DNA of 64,000 bases. It comes from Candidatus Levyibacteriota bacterium (GTDB lineage: Bacteria > Patescibacteriota > Microgenomatia > Levybacterales > UBA12049). This document shows, piece after piece, positions 1 through 8,442 of the stretch. Under the pieces are notes generated by a model, which was given only the letters and a program-made list of their open reading frames with translations, did not search any database and was not told the DNA's origin. The stretch covers positions 463,679 through 527,678 of the forward strand of contig JBEKQZ010000001.1 in the NCBI GenBank assembly GCA_049519175.1, written 5' to 3'. Numbering within the stretch: the first letter of the stretch is position 1; each line of letters begins with the position of its first letter. The translations under genes and the position numbers were made by a program.

Positions 1-279
1 AAAATACTGATAGGAGATTGGAAGAAGCCTTCCATCAAAATCATTCTGAATTATTTTATCTAAAGAATTAAGGAAATTTTTGTCACCATCAATTTTCTTC
101 TCGGTATCTAAACCTTTTTTGATAATTTCTTCTGGAAAATCTCTCAATTTATCTTTATTTTTTTGAAAATATTTAAAAAGAAGGAAGTAAAAAGTTCCTT
201 CGCCATCTATCCCAAATTGTCTTAAATACCTTTCAACCTCTCTAGTTAAGAAGAAAATGTCATCACTCATTTGAGTCAT
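1..279 (-). CDS. Partial CDS running off the window (MTQMSDDIFFLTREVERYLRQFG...LLPISYQYF), possibly the N-terminus of an N6-adenine DNA methyltransferase / R-M protein
   Basis: Manually translated open frame from ATG at 279 to the window edge, with TATAAA about 2 nt upstream. The '...YQYF' end resembles the segment before the GQFFTP motif of HsdM-like proteins, but that motif is not in the window. Confidence 0.4.
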   Translation of the reverse strand, partial: MTQMSDDIFFLTREVERYLRQFGIDGEGTFYFLLFKYFQKNKDKLRDFPEEIIKKGLDTEKKIDGDKNFLNSLDKIIQNDFDGRLLPISYQYF

Positions 280-401
280 TTTATAATATATACACCCCAA
301 ATTAAAAGCCCCACTTAAAAGAATGAAGTAATAAATTATAAGAAAAGGAACGTATATCCTCCCCTAATTGCATAAATATTAAGGGTTTATTTTTTCATAA
401 G

Positions 402-1106
402 ATGTCTTATAATAAATATATTAATATGACGTTTTCATTAAACCAGCAATCTAATCGTACATCTAAAACCTACTCTTACTTACGTGTTTCCCAAGCATCA
501 CAAGACTTAGAAAAGAACAAATTCGAGATATTGGCACTGGCGAATGCAAAACTTTTAGGAAACGTACAATTCGTTGAAGAAATAATATCTGGCAAGGTGC
601 CTTGGAGAAAAAGGAAAATAGCGGAAATACTTGAAGAGGCTCAAAAAGGAGACGCTCTTATTGTTTCGGAATTATCTCGACTGGGTCGTTCAATGTTAGA
701 AATAATGGAGATATTATCCGTGGCAACTCAAAAAGGATTATCTGTATATTCTGTAAAAGGAAGTTGGGAACTTAACGACTCAATTCAAAGCAAACTCATC
801 GCAATGTGTTTTTCCATGGCAAGTGAAATTGAACGTGATTTGATTTCAAAACGCACGATTGAAGCTTTACAAGCAAGAAAGTTGAGTGGAATGAAACTTG
901 GAAGACCAAAAGGAATTGGAAAATCCAAATTAGACCAATACAGGCCAGAAATCGAGGCGTTGTTAGCAAATGGAAGTAGTCAAAAATTTATTTCAGGTAG
1001 ATACAATACAACACCAGCTAATCTTAATCTATGGTTGAAAAAACATGAAATAAAGAAATCACAAGTTTTTATTTCTAGATCTGAGAAAGTGTCCAGCGGA
1101 ATTTGA
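402..1106 (+). CDS. Small serine recombinase (resolvase/invertase, Pin family) with C-terminal HTH
   Basis: Catalytic YLRVS motif, SGK, GDALIVSELSRLGRS, AxxERxLIxxRT and LGRPKG motifs. The start may be at 426. Confidence 0.92.
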   Translation: MSYNKYINMTFSLNQQSNRTSKTYSYLRVSQASQDLEKNKFEILALANAKLLGNVQFVEEIISGKVPWRKRKIAEILEEAQKGDALIVSELSRLGRSMLEIMEILSVATQKGLSVYSVKGSWELNDSIQSKLIAMCFSMASEIERDLISKRTIEALQARKLSGMKLGRPKGIGKSKLDQYRPEIEALLANGSSQKFISGRYNTTPANLNLWLKKHEIKKSQVFISRSEKVSSGI

Positions 1107-1151
1107 GTTATTAAAACTAGTTGATTTTTAAGAAGAACCTGACGAGTTTTA

Positions 1152-1370
1152 TTAGAATGAAAACAATTCTTTTAGAGATACCTTTAATTCCTTGGCAAGC
1201 TTACCGATATTATCAAGTGCTGGGTTACGCTCCCCTCTTTCAATGCCAGAAATATAGGTTCTATCGAGTCCAGTTCGAAAACCCAATTCTTCTTGAGAAA
1301 TTTCCACCAGCTTCCTCAAAGCTCTTATTCTTTCACCAAAACTTTTCCTTAACACAGTTGATTTACTCAT
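1152..1370 (-). CDS. XRE-family HTH regulator (resembles R-M controller C proteins)
   Basis: FGERIRALRK..SQEELG...DRTYISGIERGERNP helix-turn-helix signature, 72 aa. Confidence 0.9.
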   Translation of the reverse strand: MSKSTVLRKSFGERIRALRKLVEISQEELGFRTGLDRTYISGIERGERNPALDNIGKLAKELKVSLKELFSF

Positions 1371-1453
1371 GTATACATACTATAATTACCCAAAAGTGGA
1401 TTATTAGTCTACGGAATATAAGTCACAATTCTTTCCGAAAGGAGGTGAAATAT

Positions 1454-2173
1454 ATGGAATCGGAAGTAAAAAAGAAAAACTGGTTTGTTAAACACAAATT
1501 TATTACAGTTTTTTTAGTCATTATTATTGTTTTTGTTATTATCGTAGCATCAAGTGGTAACAACAATTCAGGTAGCTCTAGCAACAGTACGAATACCAAT
1601 AACAATAATCAAAATACATCTGCAACAACACAAGCTACACCAGAAGCACCAGCAACGCGACAAGTTAAAGGTACGGCAACAACATTAAGTACAGGTGACT
1701 TTACTGGTGGTAAAGATGTTGTGGTTGGTTTGTATGACGTTACAACTACTAGTGGTCAAAGTGGTAACTTTATTGTTTCAGGTTCGGACAGTTACGATGA
1801 GATTCTAGGCGTTAGTGACGGACAAGGTGTACCAAATGTAAGAGTACAGATTTCCAACGGCGACCAAATTAAAATATCAGGATTAACTAGCGTCACGTTT
1901 ACGCCTGTATCAACGCCGTTTATTACTACTCATACACCAGTTACGCTTTATGCTGGAACATTTACAGTTGGTCAGGATATTGGTGCTGGTAGGTATGTCG
2001 CAACCACGACAACTGGCAGTAGTGGTAATTTTATAGTATCCGGTATTGACAGTGTCGATGAGATTTTGGGTCAAAGCGATGGGCAAGGCGTACCAAGCGT
2101 TACTACTAACTTAACTGATGGTGATGTTATTAGTATCTCGGGGTTAAGCCAAGTTATTATGACCCCTAAGTAG
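1454..2173 (+). CDS. Membrane-anchored surface protein with N/S/T-rich linker and two tandem ~75-aa beta-rich repeats
   Basis: Strong SD GGAGGTG at 1441 before ATG 1454, so the 1121 start in the ORF track is too long. N-terminal TM helix; repeated GxFTxGxD..G.Y...SGNFIVSG.DS.DEILG.SDGQGVP units. Confidence 0.8.
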   Translation: MESEVKKKNWFVKHKFITVFLVIIIVFVIIVASSGNNNSGSSSNSTNTNNNNQNTSATTQATPEAPATRQVKGTATTLSTGDFTGGKDVVVGLYDVTTTSGQSGNFIVSGSDSYDEILGVSDGQGVPNVRVQISNGDQIKISGLTSVTFTPVSTPFITTHTPVTLYAGTFTVGQDIGAGRYVATTTTGSSGNFIVSGIDSVDEILGQSDGQGVPSVTTNLTDGDVISISGLSQVIMTPK

Positions 2174-2471
2174 AATACTGTTCAGAATGTTTTTGGACAG
2201 TCAACGTGCAAGTATAATCTTGTCTTTTTTCGGCTGGGCGGGAGCAGTCCTACCCAGAAGAAAGGAGAAAAGTGCAAATGCAGTTCATGATCTAGCGTAT
2301 ATCTGTAGCCTCGTACAATGGCGTACAACAAAAGTTTTGATGAATTTGGCATAAATGGTGTAAGCAATTTTATCGTTTAGACTGCCAATACAATCCAAAA
2401 TCATTATATATCCTTATAGAATTCCTTAGTAAAGTTGTGTTTTAGGTTTATACTATCAGTGTATTAATAAA

Positions 2472-4298
2472 ATGAACTTTGATCCACCAAAATTATATAA
2501 AAGAATTGTTTGCATAAGTGATGACTATATTCTTTCAGCACAACTATCCTCGTGCTTTCACAAGAGAAATACATATTTTGCAGTTTTAGAACCACCACGA
2601 TCTCTTCATAAGTATTGGAGAAATGAATTTATTAAATTAAACAATGTTTTGGCAAAGATAAATGCAGAAAAAATAATTTTCTTAAGCATTAAGGAAGACA
2701 TGATGACGTTAATCAAGGATCAGTTGCATATTCCAGAGAGTAAATACACATATATTGCTGATGAAAAAGAACTTTTAAGATTTTTAGATAAATACAGCAG
2801 CGTTTTTAAAGGAGTTATTGAATGTCCCCCAGATAGAAAGAAGGTTGCTTATGCACTCTTAGAAGCAAAGAGAAAAGAATTTAAACTTTTGATAAAACCT
2901 GAAGCAGAATACAAACCCAAAATTGACAAAGAAAACAATCATTTAATTGCATCGGATTCCATAGACTTATTATTACCCACAATGTTAGCAAATTATGCCT
3001 TTTCAATAAATGCAGACATTAGATTCTTTAAAGGCGAAGCGCATTACTCCCCTAAGGAAATGTATAGCATGATATCTGATACCAGAGGATCGGACGAAAG
3101 AGGCAAAACTGCCAGAGGAGTTAAAAAAGAAATCAAAACAAAACTAGAATCTGAATTAAAAAATATAAATGGTTATGAATTTATTACTTTTTTTACTGAT
3201 GATTTTCAATATGGTTATTTCTTTCCAGATATACCTAATACGCATATTTTTAATAAACTTCTAGTAGGTCAATTTATTGCGGACGCTATTGCGAAACCAT
3301 TTATAGAAGTTGATTCTGCGTTGTTAGTCGATACTGGATTTTTCTCTAATTCAGAAACAGATGATATTAAGGCTTTATTGTTAAAACAAAATGTTTTTAC
3401 TAAAGAGCTTCGCGATGACAAATTTAATAATGTTGATTTGGATAATTTTATTCAGATATATCCGTATGATTTTTTATTCATATGCAGCCATGGAGTATTC
3501 CCCGAAGGCACCCGTTTCAAAATAGGATTTAACGACAGCAAAGGCATAGATCATATTATTGTCGTAGACGTAATTGACTCATTTGGAATAACAGATAAGG
3601 GAGAACCCGATAATCCGATTGTAGATGTAAAAACAACTACGGAATTTGTTGAATTAGACAATCAACCTTGGTATCAAAAAAAATATAAACCCGGTTCGTC
3701 AAAAACAATTGTAGAAGATTTTATAGCTATTGATAGAAAGGACTGGAATGTACTCGAAAAAGAAGATGTAACAATGAACTATAGCAACGTAATCGTAACC
3801 AAAGATAAACTTGGAGCATATATCCCTATGATACATGGCATAGCTGATCCTTTTTCTTCCCCGTTTATATTTAATAATGCTTGCGTATCTACTTATACAA
3901 TGGGTGTAAATTTTATTTTTGCAGGTGCTAGTTTCTATATTGGGACAATAAGAAATGTTAAAGACTCAGTTGCGGTTAAAACTGCCACTATGTTCTTTGA
4001 AAAAACGATCACTCAAAATAAAAGCTTAGCCTTTTCATTATGGGAGGCTCAGGTAGATGCAAAGATTCCGATTGAAGATAGAGTCCACACTTGTGTAGGA
4101 TGCCATTTTCAAAAATTCTCGTTTAATAAAATACAAGATGCCAAGGAATTATTAAAAAATAGAATCATAAGATCTTCAATGATGAGGCTAAGGAGTAGTA
4201 GAAAAAGAGATTTAGAGAAAAATGTTAAAGGGAGACACATTGACGCTATAAAATTTCTTAGAAAAGTTATGTTTTCTATTGTTGCAGAAAGCAGCTAA
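2472..4298 (+). CDS. CHAT-domain (caspase-like, clan CD) cysteine protease
   Basis: Putative catalytic dyad motifs ICSHG and FNNACVS, followed by CHAT-like FxxAGAxxYIGTxxxVxD..A...F.. Confidence 0.7.
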   Translation: MNFDPPKLYKRIVCISDDYILSAQLSSCFHKRNTYFAVLEPPRSLHKYWRNEFIKLNNVLAKINAEKIIFLSIKEDMMTLIKDQLHIPESKYTYIADEKELLRFLDKYSSVFKGVIECPPDRKKVAYALLEAKRKEFKLLIKPEAEYKPKIDKENNHLIASDSIDLLLPTMLANYAFSINADIRFFKGEAHYSPKEMYSMISDTRGSDERGKTARGVKKEIKTKLESELKNINGYEFITFFTDDFQYGYFFPDIPNTHIFNKLLVGQFIADAIAKPFIEVDSALLVDTGFFSNSETDDIKALLLKQNVFTKELRDDKFNNVDLDNFIQIYPYDFLFICSHGVFPEGTRFKIGFNDSKGIDHIIVVDVIDSFGITDKGEPDNPIVDVKTTTEFVELDNQPWYQKKYKPGSSKTIVEDFIAIDRKDWNVLEKEDVTMNYSNVIVTKDKLGAYIPMIHGIADPFSSPFIFNNACVSTYTMGVNFIFAGASFYIGTIRNVKDSVAVKTATMFFEKTITQNKSLAFSLWEAQVDAKIPIEDRVHTCVGCHFQKFSFNKIQDAKELLKNRIIRSSMMRLRSSRKRDLEKNVKGRHIDAIKFLRKVMFSIVAESS

Positions 4299-4305
4299 AC
4301 AAAAT

Positions 4306-4719
4306 TCAATGCCCAAAGACAAAGGTTACTCCTGTTAATCTTAAAACTGCATAAACCGTTATCAGAAAAACTAAATAACCAATAATGAAAGCTGAACCTA
4401 ACGCAGAGATAAAAGCCTCTATTTTCCCATATTTCCTTTTATTAAATACTTTTAGAGACAAATTAAAGATATCGATAGAAAGATAGATAAAAAATAATAT
4501 AGCTGTAATTAAAAGAATTACCAAAAGCACTATGCTTTTGGTAAATAAGAAGGCAAGAAAAATTGTTTCAGAAATTATTAACCATTCTAAAAATCTAAAC
4601 CATTTAGGTGTCATTTCCATAAAAAAATTACTAGTCCTATTTAGTTTACTAATTAAATTGTTAAGCAATTTGCTATTTATAAACTTTGAATATAGCTCGT
4701 GATAATAAGGTAATTTCAT
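4306..4719 (-). CDS. Hypothetical membrane protein (about 3 TM helices)
   Basis: Three hydrophobic segments in 137 aa. Confidence 0.6.
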   Translation of the reverse strand: MKLPYYHELYSKFINSKLLNNLISKLNRTSNFFMEMTPKWFRFLEWLIISETIFLAFLFTKSIVLLVILLITAILFFIYLSIDIFNLSLKVFNKRKYGKIEAFISALGSAFIIGYLVFLITVYAVLRLTGVTFVFGH

Positions 4720-4750
4720 TGATGAGATTATATCAAATAGGGAAAATTTC

Positions 4751-5401
4751 TTATTGTCTTCTTTGATGTGGAAAAGGAGTTACATTTCTTTTTTCAGCCT
4801 GAGGAAGTCCTCTGTAATATGCTTGATACTCCGTTAGATTGAGAGAATACCATTCATTGTATGCATATCTAGTAAAATATTGTGCAAGCGTTTGTCTAAA
4901 ATGTTCCAATGCTATCTTATTTAGAGTTCCTTTTCTCATCGATGCCAAATTATTTAATAAACTTTCTCTAGGAAGTTGGAATATCGTCTTAAAATCTGCA
5001 GCCATTTTCGTTGTGAATCCTATTCCTTCTGGCAAGTAGTAAAAACTATAGCCTCTTTTAGGAGATGTTTTAATCATTAGGCTAAGGAGTTCATTTTGAT
5101 TTGCTGGAAGAGTAGGTTTGCCCAAAACATTTACTAGGGTATCAATCTTAGCAAATGATATAAATTTCTTCCTTACGTTATCGCAATCTTGTGATATTAC
5201 TATACCTGATGTAGGCACCGCTTTAACAGTAAGGTGAATGTTATCTTGATTCTTAATTTCGGTCCATGTCTTTCTTTGTGGCTCATCTTCTAGATTAATT
5301 GATGCTTCCAATGCATTAAAATCTTCTAAATCAATAAAAGGTAAATCAACAAAAATGTCACCCTGTCTAATTGTTCTTACATTGGTTGCTTTGTAAATCA
5401 C
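4751..5401 (-). CDS. Hypothetical protein, possibly PemK/MazF-like fold
   Basis: RQGDIF...GIVISQDCD...YYLP...ADFKTIF...RKGTL...YFTR pattern; GTG start 5 nt after the upstream stop. Fold assignment is tentative. Confidence 0.55.
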   Translation of the reverse strand: MIYKATNVRTIRQGDIFVDLPFIDLEDFNALEASINLEDEPQRKTWTEIKNQDNIHLTVKAVPTSGIVISQDCDNVRKKFISFAKIDTLVNVLGKPTLPANQNELLSLMIKTSPKRGYSFYYLPEGIGFTTKMAADFKTIFQLPRESLLNNLASMRKGTLNKIALEHFRQTLAQYFTRYAYNEWYSLNLTEYQAYYRGLPQAEKRNVTPFPHQRRQ

Positions 5402-5406
5402 TGCTC

Positions 5407-5832
5407 TTAAGCATCATCGGAATCTTCATCTAAATATGATGCCAATTGTCCTTCATTGAAAATATCCTCTTTTCTCAATGCCAAAGCACGCTCAAACGAT
5501 TGAGACGCTCTAATATAGGAATCTTTTCTTTTGGGAATAGAATAAAAAGAGGGATATAGTATTACTTCATTATCAAAGAAAGGATTGGGATAATTCGTGT
5601 CTATCTGACCAAATATGCCTTCAAAACCAATGACTCCTAAACTTTGTTCGGGTTGAGTTTTAATGCCCCCAGCCGTTGTAGCTCCAGAGATATATATAGA
5701 CATTGCATCATGTAAGGGTTTCAAGTTTTCCGCCGTGAAACTGTTATTAATGAATCCACCAGTTAATTGATTATTCATCATAGACGAGTCGTCATTAGCT
5801 GTTTCTGTTGCTGATACAGGTGTTATCCACAT
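5407..5832 (-). CDS. Hypothetical acidic protein (middle gene of a 3-gene operon)
   Basis: 141-aa ORF tightly packed between its neighbours (2-nt and 5-nt gaps), with an acidic C-terminus. Confidence 0.55.
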   Translation of the reverse strand: MWITPVSATETANDDSSMMNNQLTGGFINNSFTAENLKPLHDAMSIYISGATTAGGIKTQPEQSLGVIGFEGIFGQIDTNYPNPFFDNEVILYPSFYSIPKRKDSYIRASQSFERALALRKEDIFNEGQLASYLDEDSDDA

Positions 5833-5834
5833 GT

Positions 5835-6251
5835 TTATTTAACCTCTCTTTTCTCAACGTTGAAACTTTTAGAGCCAATAATTTTATCATTTAAAAATAC
5901 ATTTAGAGTGTGTTTTCCAATAGCTTTGAATTCAAGATTGCCTATGTCAAGTATTAAGTTTAGTGTTGGCTTTTTCTTCGCAGGTATGTTAGGCGTAGTA
6001 AATTCTGCTTTTATAGGAGGGTCAACAATTAAATTTTCATTATTGGGTCCAGCAATTTTAATTTCTAAAGTATTTTTTATACCTTCCTTGCCTTCAACCC
6101 CGATACTTACAACTGCAGTAAATTTTGGAAGCCTACCTGGAATATCTTGTAGGTAAATTATGCTAAATATCCCAAGCATATTTAATTTACCTGAACCATC
6201 AATAGTTGCAGCATCACACAAGTGAATAAAATTTATCTCAAATTGACTCAT
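5835..6251 (-). CDS. DUF6941-like protein
   Basis: LCDAATIDGSGKLNMLGIF...P motif. Start placed at MSQF (6251) because TATAAT lies 6 nt upstream. Confidence 0.7.
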   Translation of the reverse strand: MSQFEINFIHLCDAATIDGSGKLNMLGIFSIIYLQDIPGRLPKFTAVVSIGVEGKEGIKNTLEIKIAGPNNENLIVDPPIKAEFTTPNIPAKKKPTLNLILDIGNLEFKAIGKHTLNVFLNDKIIGSKSFNVEKREVK

Positions 6252-6411
6252 AAGGGGATTATACATCAAGACCATAAGTCTATTCAAACTGTCACTAGCT
6301 ATATTGCACAATTGATGATTTAAGACGTAACTTAGAAGCTAAATTCCCTACTCTAAGATTCTTTTAAAGCGAATAGCTTACAATTTTAAGAATATTTAAG
6401 CAGTAAAATAT

Positions 6412-7491
6412 TTACTTACTCTTTACATCAATTAGCCTTTTCATAAGATATAAGCTAAATTCTACTGTCATATTTTTAGACAATCTTGCATCTTCAATTT
6501 TTGATTTAAGCCTATGCACGCCCAAATTAGATAAAAAATGTCGCAATGAGATAAGAATATCACCTTGCTCCTGAGAAATTAGCTTATGTTCTATAAAAAA
6601 TTTTGCTACTCTATTAGCATCTTTTTCATCAAGATTTTTACCATCTTTACTATCTATCTCTAATGCTAGCATTTGATATAAACGCTCTGTGAAACTTCTA
6701 ATCAAATCCATGCAGTCCTTATAATCAAAATCATCTGCTGCGTTGACCAACTTTTGTTCTACTTTGTTTAAAGTTGCTGATAAATCGTTGGGGAAGCTAT
6801 ATCTTTTAAATTCTTCTTCTAATTCTAGCTTATCCTTATTTATTTCGGGATTATACCCAGACATTATTTCATTGGTTAAATTTTTTGTAATAATGACATT
6901 AATGGTCTTAAATAATAAATCGAATACTTTTACATGATTTTCATACAAGCTAGAGTAATCGTAGATGGTTTGCCCCAGCTCGTTTCTTCGTTTTACAACA
7001 TCGTCTACCCATGAATCTAGTTCAGAGATTTCGTTAGGCTTGAATATTTGCCTTTCATGTTTAAGAATATCCATAATTTCATCCAATAGAAGAATGGAAT
7101 GGTAATTGGCTCTAGAATCATAATCTGCCTGGTAATTTTGCTTAATAACTGAGAGGGCATCCAAAAATAACCCGAGGTGAATCAACGTATCCAAAGCTGT
7201 GCAACTAGCTAGATATTTCCTGTTTGGCAATAAATATTCCAACAGTAAATTTTTAAACTCTTCTTTTTGTTGTTCTGATAACTGATTGTATAAATCTCTT
7301 AATAAGATAACCTGTTTATTTACAAAATCAAAATCCGATGTGTCTTCTTCTACGATTATTTCGTCATTATTATCAGATCTTGCAACATAATTTTGTTTAT
7401 TACGCACGAGAAGATAATTTGTTTTAGCGGGTTCAATTGAGCTATTTTCTAATATTTTTCTTATCTTAAACTCTAGGTCTGTAGCTGTCAT
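6412..7491 (-). CDS. Hypothetical helical protein with possible HEPN/Abi-like C-terminal domain
   Basis: C-terminal 'DCMDLIRSFTE...LRHFLSNLGVH...DARLSKN' resembles HEPN/Abi_C-type helical domains; located in the island. Confidence 0.5.
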   Translation of the reverse strand: MTATDLEFKIRKILENSSIEPAKTNYLLVRNKQNYVARSDNNDEIIVEEDTSDFDFVNKQVILLRDLYNQLSEQQKEEFKNLLLEYLLPNRKYLASCTALDTLIHLGLFLDALSVIKQNYQADYDSRANYHSILLLDEIMDILKHERQIFKPNEISELDSWVDDVVKRRNELGQTIYDYSSLYENHVKVFDLLFKTINVIITKNLTNEIMSGYNPEINKDKLELEEEFKRYSFPNDLSATLNKVEQKLVNAADDFDYKDCMDLIRSFTERLYQMLALEIDSKDGKNLDEKDANRVAKFFIEHKLISQEQGDILISLRHFLSNLGVHRLKSKIEDARLSKNMTVEFSLYLMKRLIDVKSK

Positions 7492-7555
7492 ATTATAAAA
7501 TTTCTTGACCCAATAATAGCAGGAATTTTATTCTTATACAAACAAGAAGTTGCAT

Positions 7556-7594
7556 TTTTATAAGGATTTTGCTAACCTTTTATAAGGAATTTTG
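7556..7594 (+). repeat. Tandem direct repeat TTTTATAAGGA(A)TTTTG beside the island boundary (possible integrase arm-type sites)
   Basis: Copies at 7556-7571 and 7578-7594. Confidence 0.5.
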
Positions 7595-7619
7595 AGTTCT
7601 TGTAGGCAGAACCCTGTGT

Positions 7620-7662
7620 TTGCAAGGAGAAGGCAAAGGGTTCGACTCCCTCCGCCCGCTCA
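7620..7662 (+). pseudogene. 3' fragment of tRNA-Gly (att-site duplication)
   Basis: CAAGGAGAAGG..AGGGTTCGACTCCCTCCGCCCGCTCA gives a T-arm plus a Gly-type acceptor 3' strand GCCCGC-T. No 5' half (GCGGGC, D-arm) lies upstream. Confidence 0.75.
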
Positions 7663-7750
7663 TCATAAAGTCAGATCATAAAAAGCGTAGCTCAAGACTC
7701 AGCCTCAAAAACTTGACAAAAAGCCTAAAATCTGCCAGTCTTATTTATCA

Positions 7751-8329
7751 ATGAGAAAAGTCTTCCTGCTCACTGCGTTTACGCTTTTAACTCCATTTGT
7801 TTTGGTTTTAACTTTGTCCCTTCTAATCTATACCTGCTCACTAAAGAATAATTTATTAATGTTTAGTAAAAATCCACGCGTTGCTTACGCCGCACTCCCT
7901 CCGGCTTCGGGTTCTTTACAAATGACTATTGTCGCCCAGGACGCCAGAGTAATGGTGGTCAAAGATTTTCTGAAAAGATACAACTCGGACCTTCTACCTT
8001 ATGCCCAAAATATCATTAACGCGGCCGATAAATACAACCTTGATTATAGGCTCGTTCCGGCCATCGCCATGCAGGAATCAAATCTTTGCCATAAAGCCCC
8101 CAAGAACTCACATAATTGTTGGGGATTTGCCATTTACGGTAAAAATGTCTTAAAGTTTAATAATTATGCCGATGCAATCAATACTGTGACAAAAACATTG
8201 GCAATTCAGTATAAACAACAAGGACTGGAAACGCCGGAACAGATAATGACCAAATATACTCCCGGTAGTAATGGCAGCTGGGCCAAAAGCGTTAGCTATT
8301 TCATGACCCAACTCACAGTTAGCCTATAG
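7751..8329 (+). CDS. Membrane-anchored lysozyme-like/glucosaminidase-type peptidoglycan hydrolase (paralog 1)
   Basis: N-terminal TM; AADKYNLDYRLVPAIAMQES and NCWGF motifs. Confidence 0.75.
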   Translation: MRKVFLLTAFTLLTPFVLVLTLSLLIYTCSLKNNLLMFSKNPRVAYAALPPASGSLQMTIVAQDARVMVVKDFLKRYNSDLLPYAQNIINAADKYNLDYRLVPAIAMQESNLCHKAPKNSHNCWGFAIYGKNVLKFNNYADAINTVTKTLAIQYKQQGLETPEQIMTKYTPGSNGSWAKSVSYFMTQLTVSL

Positions 8330-8337
8330 TTAACCCC

Positions 8338-8366
8338 TTGACAAACCTATAGTTACCTGATATAAT
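8338..8366 (+). promoter_or_regulatory. Consensus sigma70 promoter
   Basis: TTGACA (8338-8343), 17-bp spacer, TATAAT (8361-8366). Confidence 0.85.
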
Positions 8367-8442
8367 CCTTTTCAGATCCTAAGGTATGTCTTTCCAAATA
8401 CATACGTTAGGATTTTTTAATGGTCGAAAGACCAAAAACAAT

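Larger units (their letters stand above)
1..7662. mobile_element. AT-rich genomic island (right part), probably integrated at a tRNA-Gly gene
   Basis: Visibly more AT-rich than the downstream backbone; carries a serine recombinase, XRE regulator and defence-like orphans; ends at a tRNA-Gly 3' fragment (7620-7662). Confidence 0.75.

Noticed and set aside
1121-1453. N-terminal 111 aa of the 350-aa ORF 1121..2173
   Set aside because: It overlaps the XRE gene on the opposite strand, and a strong SD marks the real start at 1454.
2234-2257. GC-rich hairpin CTGGGCGGGA-GCAG-TCCTACCCAG as a terminator or REP
   Set aside because: No T-tract follows on either strand and no second copy was seen; function cannot be supported.
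4739-4749. AGGGAAAATTT in an island intergenic gap, matching the cassette-site core
   Set aside because: Only the core matches, without CCG or GGGGCGG flanks, in very AT-rich DNA; may be chance.
7597-7662. Intact tRNA (TTGCAAG looks like an Ala/Cys anticodon loop)
   Set aside because: No 5' acceptor strand complementary to GCCCGC and no anticodon-stem partner; only the 3' half is tRNA-like.
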